Source: Bdellovibrionales bacterium (GTDB lineage Bacteria > Bdellovibrionota > Bdellovibrionia > Bdellovibrionales > CAYMLA01). Taken from it: a stretch of DNA of 64,000 nt. Both the position numbers and the translations under genes were made by a program. This document shows positions 1 to 8,222 of the stretch, one piece after another. The stretch lies in contig OZ244239.1 in assembly GCA_965217115.1 (NCBI GenBank), forward strand, positions 896,001-960,000. Direction: 5' to 3'. The notes under the pieces are model-generated. The model ran no database searches and was not told the DNA's origin. It worked only from the letters and a program-made list of their open reading frames with translations. How positions within the stretch are numbered: position 1 is the first letter of the stretch; each line of letters opens with the position of its first letter.

Positions 1-2
1 CA

Positions 3-332
3 ATGACAGCTCTTTTAAGCTTTGTCATGGTCTCTAATTTTCGTTATCGAAGTTTCAAGGATGTCGACCTCAGACAACGCCTCCCCTTTCGTTATCTCGT
101 TATTGGTATCAGTATTTTCTCTATCGTTGCCTATTGGCCAGAAGTGATGCTCTTTACCCTATTTCTCACCTATGCTGTTTTAGGAGCCCTCTTTGGCTTT
201 CTTCGCCTAGGTAAAAAACCAAAATTTTTAATGAGAAAAACAGCCCATGATATTCTAGAGGAAGAACTTTTAGCAGCTCAGGAAGCCGAAGAAGAAGAAG
301 AAGATGATGATGAACAAGGTGTTTTAACATGA
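3..332 (+). CDS. pssA: CDP-diacylglycerol--serine O-phosphatidyltransferase, C-terminal part (5' truncated by the window edge)
   Basis: LSFVMVSNFRYRSFK motif typical of the PssA C-terminus; hydrophobic helices; acidic tail. Confidence 0.75.
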   Translation: MTALLSFVMVSNFRYRSFKDVDLRQRLPFRYLVIGISIFSIVAYWPEVMLFTLFLTYAVLGALFGFLRLGKKPKFLMRKTAHDILEEELLAAQEAEEEEEDDDEQGVLT

Positions 333-1348
333 CCTTAAATGTTGGCCTTGTCGGCGCAACAGGCCTTGTCGGTCAAACGTTCATAGAACTTCTCGAAAAA
401 AGGTCTTTCCCCATTGGTGATCTTCGCCTCTTTGCCAGCGTCCAATCAAAAGGACAAACACTGAATTTTCAAGGTCGAGAGATTCCCCTACAAACTTTGG
501 AATCTGACCCCCTGCAACCCCATTGTTTTGAGGGGTTAGACGTTGTTTTTTTCTCATCAAAGGATGATGTCAGTCGAAAATGGGTTCCAGAGGCCGTGTC
601 TCAAGGGGCTTTTGCTATTGATAACTCTTCATCTTTTCGCCTAATAAATGAACACCTCTTGATTGTGCCTGAAGTTAATGGACATCTCTTGCCTTCAAAA
701 AAAAATCCTTGCATCGTTGCCAATCCCAATTGCTCAACCATACAGCTTGTGATGGCTCTTAAACCATTACAAGAAGAGTTTGGATTAACTCAAGTGCGTC
801 TGTCCACCTATCAAGCTGTCAGTGGCGCGGGCAAAGCTGGGAAAGACGAACTTCTACAACAGACAAATGACAAGAACGTCCCGCCCTCTGTTTTTCCCGC
901 TCCTATCGCTTTTAACTGCGTTCCACAAGTGGGCTCACTTAATGATGATGGTTTTTGCAGCGAAGAAATTAAAATTATTGATGAATCCAAAAAAATACTT
1001 GAGAACCCCTCTTTGCAAATTTCATCCTTCACTGTGCGCGTACCAGTTATCAGTGGTCACAGTCAAACTGTATGGGTTACCTTAGATGAACAAAAAGGTT
1101 CACCTACGACCCATGAAGTTCAACGAGCTTTACAAAATTTTCCTGGAATTGCCATGTACAAAAATGACTTTCCCACAGCACAGACAACCTCAGAAACATA
1201 TCCAGTTCACGTTGGCCGCATCCACAAGGATATGGCCTTTGCTAACACTTGGTTGATGTGGATTGTGGCCGATAATGTTTATAAAGGGGCCGCTCTTAAT
1301 GGCTTGCAAATCGCTGAACATATTTTTGACATCACCCCTAGAACATGA
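329..1348 (+). CDS. asd: Aspartate-semialdehyde dehydrogenase
   Basis: VGATGLVG Rossmann motif, ANPNCST catalytic Cys, YQAVSGAG, DNVYKGAALN. Confidence 0.97.
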   Translation: MTLNVGLVGATGLVGQTFIELLEKRSFPIGDLRLFASVQSKGQTLNFQGREIPLQTLESDPLQPHCFEGLDVVFFSSKDDVSRKWVPEAVSQGAFAIDNSSSFRLINEHLLIVPEVNGHLLPSKKNPCIVANPNCSTIQLVMALKPLQEEFGLTQVRLSTYQAVSGAGKAGKDELLQQTNDKNVPPSVFPAPIAFNCVPQVGSLNDDGFCSEEIKIIDESKKILENPSLQISSFTVRVPVISGHSQTVWVTLDEQKGSPTTHEVQRALQNFPGIAMYKNDFPTAQTTSETYPVHVGRIHKDMAFANTWLMWIVADNVYKGAALNGLQIAEHIFDITPRT

Positions 1349-1360
1349 TCTGATTTCAAT

Positions 1361-3526
1361 ATGACAGCTTTTTTTTCTAGAGGTTTATTCAGCGTTTTCC
1401 TTATTCTTGGTCTTCAAAATGCAATCGCAACCGTCTCTATCTCTAGTATTCGTAACGCTTCCAACTATAGCCTGAGTAGTCGTGTCATTTACGGAGGAGT
1501 TGCTGGCCGATTTGATGCTTGCAACCAAGAAGACATCGACAATGGCACTGTCTGTGATAATTGTATTGGGCTAACGACATCGGCGGTGTGTAATCGAAAA
1601 CGAATCTACGATAATCTAGAGTTATCCATTACTATTTCATCCGACAGCAGAGATGTTAGTGGCGCCACAACAAAATTATTCTATGGCGATCAAGAGGTTG
1701 CCATTCCATCACCGGTCTCAGGCATCAACACTAATGACAGCGTCACTGTGAATATTCCATGGGGAAATATTTGCAACGCAGTACTGGGGACGTCTTCTTG
1801 TGACTCAAGTACCTATGAAGGTTTTAATAAAACTTTTACCCTTGGCTTTAGCAACGACGACAGCAGTACATTCACTGATTCCACCTCACTGCAAATCTTC
1901 TTACAACCATCTAATTCTGGGAGTAATAACGATGATTTCCAAAGCAGTGATCCGAATGATCGTATTTATGGCTTTTCTTCATTTAAAATTTTTCCTGGTG
2001 ATGAAAAAGTTTACTTAGATGACAGTTCTAATGATGGACTTACTGTCTCTGCTAATTTCCCAAGTACTAAATACCAACCCGTCAAATTCACCGCCCTACG
2101 CCTGTTCTTTGAGGAAGGAACTGATTTCACCAGAGTAACTCCTGCTTCATCTTTTGTAGATTTTGAACTTATCGATCCTGACTCTCTCTTATTCAAAACT
2201 TCTTTCGCTGAAGGACTTAAAAACGGTCAGCAATATGTTTTTCGCGCTGCCAGTGTGGACACTGCTCGTAACGTGACTCTTTTTTTTCCTGATAGTTACT
2301 TAAATCTCAACGACCATTCAGCCACACCTAACCCTGTCTACGGTCTACTCGATGGCAATACCAATTGCTTTATTGCCTCGGCCACTTTCGGTTCTAAATG
2401 GTCTCCCGAGGTTCAAACCTTTAGAGATTTTCGTAATCGCTTCCTTCACCCCTACAGCTGGGGACAGAAGTTCACTCGGTTTTATTACAACTACAGCCCT
2501 TTCTGGGCTAAGAAAATTCAAGAAAACTCTACCCTAAAAACCCTGGCACAACTTTTCCTATGGCCACTCTGGGCAGTTATTTCTCTTTTGCTTCATGGCA
2601 AACTCGGGCTGCTTCTCATTTGTTCTCTACTTTTTCTTATCACTTCATTCACATATTATAGAAGACGGAAAAAAAAACTCTCTTTGTCGTCAAATAGATA
2701 TACTCTCAATATCTTACTTATAATATCATCTCTCTCCTTTCCCCAGCCTTCCTTTAGTTTAGAAGAACAAGATTATCGTAAAATCGAAGTGACATCTTCA
2801 CAAAAACTCATTCCTCAGTCGGGCGATGATTACGAGCTTATTCGCCATCCCCACGCTAAAAAAGGTCTCAAACGTATAACAAAGAAGGGAATTTATCTTT
2901 ACCATGTTGATACTTCCAGTAATGACACCTCTGGTTCTTTTAAAATGGGCTTCACTGACATTCCAAAAATATCTTCAACCAATTCTCAAGACACGATCAA
3001 TTTTTCCGATGTTTATGGGTCGGGTCCAATCAATACTTTCTACGGAGATTATGAATGGAAAAATCTTGTCAGTACTTTCGGTTTTAAAATTGGCACAGGT
3101 CTGTCCATAAGTTTTGGGAATGGGCAGATTCAAGATAACTCAGGTCAACTCGTCTCCTCTAAAGAAAAATTTCAGCTATGGATGATTCCTCTGGATGTGG
3201 GCCTTAATTGGCGATGGGAACTTTTTAAAAAACAAATGTTTGTTCCTTATTTTTATGGTGGTTTCTCAGCAATTTTGCTTATGGAAACAAGGGATGATAA
3301 AAATATTTTAGATTCAAAGTTTGCCTATTCCCTTGCGGGAGTCAGCGCAGGGGGCATTGCACTTCGTTTAGATAGTTTAGACCCAAGTTCTACTCTTATC
3401 CTAGATAGAGATTACGGAATCAACTCCATGTTCCTTGTTGCAGAATATCGCATTCAGCAGGGAATACTTAAGGATTTGGATTTTACAACCAACTCTCTGA
3501 ATGTCGGAATCATCGTCGATTTCTAA
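1361..3526 (+). CDS. Secreted FN3-like / CFI-box-CTERM protein fused to a C-terminal outer-membrane beta-barrel
   Basis: Signal peptide; GLKNGQQYVFRAASVD (FN3-like); CFIASATFGS...FRDFRNRFL...FYYNYSP (CFI-box-CTERM); TM helix plus RRRKKK; beta-strand C-terminus ending in Phe. Confidence 0.7.
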   Translation: MTAFFSRGLFSVFLILGLQNAIATVSISSIRNASNYSLSSRVIYGGVAGRFDACNQEDIDNGTVCDNCIGLTTSAVCNRKRIYDNLELSITISSDSRDVSGATTKLFYGDQEVAIPSPVSGINTNDSVTVNIPWGNICNAVLGTSSCDSSTYEGFNKTFTLGFSNDDSSTFTDSTSLQIFLQPSNSGSNNDDFQSSDPNDRIYGFSSFKIFPGDEKVYLDDSSNDGLTVSANFPSTKYQPVKFTALRLFFEEGTDFTRVTPASSFVDFELIDPDSLLFKTSFAEGLKNGQQYVFRAASVDTARNVTLFFPDSYLNLNDHSATPNPVYGLLDGNTNCFIASATFGSKWSPEVQTFRDFRNRFLHPYSWGQKFTRFYYNYSPFWAKKIQENSTLKTLAQLFLWPLWAVISLLLHGKLGLLLICSLLFLITSFTYYRRRKKKLSLSSNRYTLNILLIISSLSFPQPSFSLEEQDYRKIEVTSSQKLIPQSGDDYELIRHPHAKKGLKRITKKGIYLYHVDTSSNDTSGSFKMGFTDIPKISSTNSQDTINFSDVYGSGPINTFYGDYEWKNLVSTFGFKIGTGLSISFGNGQIQDNSGQLVSSKEKFQLWMIPLDVGLNWRWELFKKQMFVPYFYGGFSAILLMETRDDKNILDSKFAYSLAGVSAGGIALRLDSLDPSSTLILDRDYGINSMFLVAEYRIQQGILKDLDFTTNSLNVGIIVDF

Positions 3527-3560
3527 TTGAACACAGTGTAACATAAGAGGTCTGGTTAAA

Positions 3561-4358
3561 ATGTTACGTGATTCCTCCCACAAACAACGAGTTCGCTTGC
3601 TTGTCGCCTATGACGGAACTCCCTTTCAAGGATGGCAGAAGCAACCCTCAGGTAAACCAACGGTGCAAGGAAAACTCGAAAAAGCACTCTCACAGATTTT
3701 TGACGAGCCCATTATTCTTCAGGGTTCAGGGAGAACCGACTCTGGGGTCCATGCCATCGGCCAAACTGCCCATTTCGATACCTTTAAAGACCCCAGGCAA
3801 TACAGTCTACTCTACTCCCTTGAGAGTATGACGCCCAAAGAGATCACTATCCGAAAGACGCAACTGGCTCCATCTACTTTTCACGCCAGAGGCTCGGCTA
3901 TAAATAAAATTTATAAATATTTTATTCTCACTCGACCTGTGCCAAGCCCATTTCACCACAACCACATGTTTTGGAGCCGCCAACCACTGAATATTGATTT
4001 CCTCAACCAGGCCAGCCAGTTTCTTATCGGTCGAATGGATTTTAAATGCTTTCAGAGCGCTGGAACTTCTGTGGTCACAACCACACGGACCATACACACC
4101 GCTCATTGGAAAATACTCCCTGAAAACAGTATCTTAGAGTTTACCATCTCAGGCAGTGGTTTTCTCAAACAAATGGTTAGGAGCATTATTGGAACCCTTT
4201 TGGATATGTACTTTCAAGGACTAGACCCTGAGCATATGAAGAAGGTCATCTTGTCCCAGGATCGAAGAATGGCTGGAAGGACGGCACACCCCCATGGACT
4301 TTATCTTTACCGAGTTAATTACCCAAAGATACTTGACAATAAGTGCCTGCAATTTTAA
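3561..4358 (+). CDS. truA: tRNA pseudouridine(38-40) synthase
   Basis: AYDGTPFQGWQ, GSGRTDSGVHA, FLKQMVR. Confidence 0.97.
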   Translation: MLRDSSHKQRVRLLVAYDGTPFQGWQKQPSGKPTVQGKLEKALSQIFDEPIILQGSGRTDSGVHAIGQTAHFDTFKDPRQYSLLYSLESMTPKEITIRKTQLAPSTFHARGSAINKIYKYFILTRPVPSPFHHNHMFWSRQPLNIDFLNQASQFLIGRMDFKCFQSAGTSVVTTTRTIHTAHWKILPENSILEFTISGSGFLKQMVRSIIGTLLDMYFQGLDPEHMKKVILSQDRRMAGRTAHPHGLYLYRVNYPKILDNKCLQF

Positions 4359-4361
4359 AAC
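4333..4361 (+). promoter_or_regulatory. Candidate sigma70 promoter for rplM-rpsI inside the truA 3' end
   Basis: TTGACA (4333-4338), 17 nt, then TAAAAC (4/6 match to the -10 consensus), ~36 nt upstream of the rplM start. Confidence 0.45.
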
Positions 4362-4397
4362 ATTTCTTCTGCATTCTTAGATATTTAAGAGGAAAAA

Positions 4398-4823
4398 ATG
4401 AAAACATGGAACGCAAAAAAAGGTTTCGACCGTAAATGGTGGATTGTGGATGCCGAGAATAAAAATGTCGGCCGTATCGCCACTCAGGTAGCTATGATTT
4501 TACGGGGTAAACACCGTCCGACCTTCACTCCCCATGTAGATGCTGGTGATTTTGTTGTCATTATCAACACGGACAAAGTGAAGTTTTCCGGGAATAAGTG
4601 GCAAGATAAAAAGTACTACAGTCATTCAAGGTTCTTTGGCTCTCTAAAAGAACTTTCAGCAAAAGAAATGCTGGAAAAAGATTCACCGTACATTCTCAAA
4701 CACGCCGTTCAAGGAATGTTACCTAAAAATCGCTTGGGCCGTCAGTTAATTACAAAACTAAAAGCCTACTCTGGGGCAGAACATCCCCATAGTGCGCAGA
4801 AGCCAGAAGCATTAACGCTTTGA
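4398..4823 (+). CDS. rplM: 50S ribosomal protein L13
   Basis: RKWWIVDA, LRGKHRPTFTPHVDAGD, GMLPKNRLGR, HPHSAQKP. Confidence 0.99.
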   Translation: MKTWNAKKGFDRKWWIVDAENKNVGRIATQVAMILRGKHRPTFTPHVDAGDFVVIINTDKVKFSGNKWQDKKYYSHSRFFGSLKELSAKEMLEKDSPYILKHAVQGMLPKNRLGRQLITKLKAYSGAEHPHSAQKPEALTL

Positions 4824-4836
4824 GGAGCAAGATTTA

Positions 4837-5232
4837 ATGTCTAAAGAAGATATTTTTTATGCAACAGGGAGAAGAAAATCCAGCGCTGCTCGTGTGTTTA
4901 TGAAGTCTGGTAGTGGAAAATTCACTATCAATGGAAAAAAAGCAGAGGATTACCTTGCTGGAAAATCTGCCAAGGCTGATATACTGTTACCGCTACAAAC
5001 AGCCAATAGCAGTGGTCAATTTGATATTAATGTCACTGTGAAAGGCGGTGGCATTACGGGACAAGCTGGGGCCATTCGTTTAGGCGTTGCTCGCTGTCTA
5101 GTCGCTTTTGACGAAAAACTACGGGACTCTTTAAAATCTTCAGGCTATTTGAAGCGAGATTCTCGTATGGTTGAGAGAAAAAAATACGGTCTCCGTGGAG
5201 CCCGTCGAGCGACTCAATTCTCTAAACGTTAA
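4837..5232 (+). CDS. rpsI: 30S ribosomal protein S9
   Basis: YATGRRKSS, GGGITGQAGAIR, ERKKYG, QFSKR. Confidence 0.99.
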   Translation: MSKEDIFYATGRRKSSAARVFMKSGSGKFTINGKKAEDYLAGKSAKADILLPLQTANSSGQFDINVTVKGGGITGQAGAIRLGVARCLVAFDEKLRDSLKSSGYLKRDSRMVERKKYGLRGARRATQFSKR

Positions 5233-5325
5233 TTTAATAACGTTAATTTAATTTTAACAAAAAAATAAGCCGCTTTTTAATTGGCTCTCTGTTGTTTAAC
5301 GAGTTCTCGGAAATGAGATTGTTAT

Positions 5326-6342
5326 TTATTTATTGAGAATGTAATTAAGGGGATCGACGGGAACTCCGTTGATTCTTACTTCGTAGTGTAAATGAGGACC
5401 TGTGGACCTCCCTGTGTTTCCAACAGCGGCAATAACATCAAAACGAGACAACTTTTGCCCGACAGTTACATAGGTTTCAGAGGAATGACCGTAGCGAGTT
5501 ACGACTCCATAACCATGATCAATAGCTATAAGCTTTCCATAATCTCCATCATAACCAACAAAACTAACAACACCTGCTGCTGGAGCCTTGATCGGTGTGC
5601 CGGGGGCCGCCGCAATATCAATTCCATTATGCATAGCAGGAGCACCAGTAAAAGGTGACGTTCTATAACCAAACCTTGATGTGTCCCAGCCATTTGCTAT
5701 TGGTCTCACACTCGGCGTAGAGGTGAGCAAGCTCTGTCTTTCAGATAAATCAGTCCAAAGTTGTAGCAACTCTTGCTCTTGAAGAGATGTCTCCTCAAAA
5801 ACTTTGTCTATGCGGATAGCCAAAGAAACATACATCCTCCGTTCAGAGGAATATATCTCATCATCTCCAGCTCGTGAAGGTAGGTTTTGATAAAACTTTT
5901 GGTCTTTTCCCGCTGGTTCCGATGATAAAGATCTCTTCCTACTTAAATTTCGATTATAAATATTAAAACCCTGGCCCATCTCAGGCAAAGGTCCAACGGC
6001 TAACTGCAACTGACGTTCATCTTTATCTTGACTAGGAATGAGCAGTTTTAATTTGGTGTAAAATATTTTAACACGGTTGAGGTTATTTTCTAAAGCAGTC
6101 AGCTTACCTTCAACCTCTTTGAATTGTTCTTTTAGCTGAGTATTCTCTACGTGCAGATGTTTATTCTCTACGGACTGAGCAAAAAGATTCCAGTAATCAA
6201 CTGCTCCTGCCGTCAGAAGCACCGCCAATGTAAAAACAATAATCCCACCTGACTTTAGCCAACGATCAGACACAGAGATGCGTTTCATTTTCCCTCTATT
6301 ATCAGACACAATAAAAAAAGTGATCTTATTCTTGCTCAACAA
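5326..6342 (-). CDS. M23 family metallopeptidase with N-terminal TM and coiled coil
   Basis: HNGIDIAA and GPHLHYEV zinc motifs. Confidence 0.93.
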   Translation of the reverse strand: MLSKNKITFFIVSDNRGKMKRISVSDRWLKSGGIIVFTLAVLLTAGAVDYWNLFAQSVENKHLHVENTQLKEQFKEVEGKLTALENNLNRVKIFYTKLKLLIPSQDKDERQLQLAVGPLPEMGQGFNIYNRNLSRKRSLSSEPAGKDQKFYQNLPSRAGDDEIYSSERRMYVSLAIRIDKVFEETSLQEQELLQLWTDLSERQSLLTSTPSVRPIANGWDTSRFGYRTSPFTGAPAMHNGIDIAAAPGTPIKAPAAGVVSFVGYDGDYGKLIAIDHGYGVVTRYGHSSETYVTVGQKLSRFDVIAAVGNTGRSTGPHLHYEVRINGVPVDPLNYILNK

Positions 6343-6404
6343 TTAACTCCTCAACATTCTTCACGATTCAGTCATCGACAATCTAAAGCTAATGCCTAAA
6401 CGCG

Positions 6405-7130
6405 TCAACTTGATTTTACCTGTAAAATCAATGCTGTAATATTATCTTCACCGCCATTAGCCTTAGCCTCTTTTATACACTTTTCTACACCCGCCTTGCA
6501 GCTTAAATCATTCACTATATGAGATAGGACTTCATCGTCCACCATCCCAGTTAGCCCATCGGAACAAATCAAGTATTTCTCATCAACAATCAACTTTCTT
6601 TTATAAATATCACAGGAAACATTGGCTTCGTATCCGACGCTCCGCGTTATTATATTCCTTCCTGAGTAGCTTTTTATGTTCTCTACACTCAAAACACCAG
6701 CTTTGACTTGTTGGTTCACCAGCGAATGATCTTCTGTCACTTGCCAAAAATTCCCATTAGATGACAGATAGACTCTTGAATCTCCCACATTACCTATGTA
6801 CACAGTGTCACGCATAACATAGCAAAGTACCATCGTCGTTCCCATTCCCTTCAACTCAGCAACCTCTTGGCTTTTAGTAAAAATACGCTGGTTCACCTCC
6901 TTATAAACCGCTTGTAAAAGCTCTTCAGGAGCCAAGCGACTGGTCTTCTGCTCCTGGAGAAACTCTTTTGCTGTTTTCACAGCAATATTAGAAGCCACCT
7001 CGCCACCCTTATGGCCACCCATTCCATCGGCAACAATATAAAGCCCCAAGCTCTCATCAACTAAAAATGAATCTTGATTACTACTACGGCTAAGGCCCGT
7101 ATCTGTTTCACACCAAACATCTAAATACAT
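6405..7130 (-). CDS. PP2C-type (Stp1/IreP-like) Ser/Thr phosphatase
   Basis: NQD, VADGMGGH, NVGDSR, CSDGL, GGEDN motifs. Confidence 0.95.
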   Translation of the reverse strand: MYLDVWCETDTGLSRSSNQDSFLVDESLGLYIVADGMGGHKGGEVASNIAVKTAKEFLQEQKTSRLAPEELLQAVYKEVNQRIFTKSQEVAELKGMGTTMVLCYVMRDTVYIGNVGDSRVYLSSNGNFWQVTEDHSLVNQQVKAGVLSVENIKSYSGRNIITRSVGYEANVSCDIYKRKLIVDEKYLICSDGLTGMVDDEVLSHIVNDLSCKAGVEKCIKEAKANGGEDNITALILQVKSS

Positions 7131-7281
7131 AATTCAACCATTCTAAACTAATTTTTACTAAGGTCACAAAAAAACTCTTTAAAATTATCGTAAAAGTAGA
7201 ATCAAACCTAGTCTAGGAAGAAAAACACCATTATTATGATATTTAGACTTTAATAGCCGCAAAAAACAGCCGAAAAGCTAT

Positions 7282-8085
7282 GTGAATATGGAAATATTTA
7301 AAAGAACAACTCTCTACCACTGTATTGCCCTCTCCTTTCTCTGCCATCTCATCCTTACAGGAGGAGTCTGGCTAGTTCCAACACACAAACAACAGCAACC
7401 TGTCACTATTGATGTTATTTCATCAAGAGACACCCCTAAAATAAAGAGACAGATCGTCGAGCAGCCTAAGAAAAGTATCAACAACATCTCTCCTAAAAAA
7501 ACTCGGTTTCTTGGAAGGCATAACCAGAAGATTCTTAAACAAACCCAAGCAAAAAGCCATGGTGCTTTTAAAAACACTTCCCTTCCAATAAATAGCCCCA
7601 TTAAAAAAACACGAAGAGAATCCAAATGGACGCGATTTTCACCAAAATATAAGTTCTCTTATACAAAAAAAAACAACTCAACTTTAAAGCCCTCGCAAAC
7701 CAACGACGCCCTCAAAGATATTGCTAAAGGAACTCACACTCTTCTCAATACTAGAGAATTTATTTATTATTCCTACTATTCTCGTATTCGTAAACAGCTA
7801 CGCCAGCGTTGGGAAAAAAACATCCGCAAGAAACTGTCTGAAATATATAAATCAGGACGAGCCATTGCCACAACACATAATCACGCTACTAAGATATTGG
7901 TAGTCCTCAACACTAAAGGCGACCTACTTAACATCAAAGTACTTGGACATTCAGGAGTTAAAGACTTGGATGCCGCTGCCATTGAAGCTTTTCGGTCTGC
8001 CGCCCCCTTTCCCAATCCCCCTAAGGGAATTGTTAACTCAAAAGGGCAAATTCAAATTCCGTGGGAATTTGTCATAGAAACCTAG
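7282..8085 (+). CDS. TonB/TolA C-terminal domain protein
   Basis: N-terminal TM with SxxxH; C-terminal SGVKDLDAAAIEAFRSAAPFPNPP. Confidence 0.85.
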   Translation: MNMEIFKRTTLYHCIALSFLCHLILTGGVWLVPTHKQQQPVTIDVISSRDTPKIKRQIVEQPKKSINNISPKKTRFLGRHNQKILKQTQAKSHGAFKNTSLPINSPIKKTRRESKWTRFSPKYKFSYTKKNNSTLKPSQTNDALKDIAKGTHTLLNTREFIYYSYYSRIRKQLRQRWEKNIRKKLSEIYKSGRAIATTHNHATKILVVLNTKGDLLNIKVLGHSGVKDLDAAAIEAFRSAAPFPNPPKGIVNSKGQIQIPWEFVIET

Positions 8086-8222
8086 TAGGGGCTTTTGCGA
8101 ATTTTCGCTCTTACTTTCTTATTTATTCCTCGTTTTTATAGGTAATCAGGTTTATATCCGATAAGTTTACATATACAATTAACGAACAATACTCTCTCAA
8201 CAAAACAAATTAGGATGCATCT

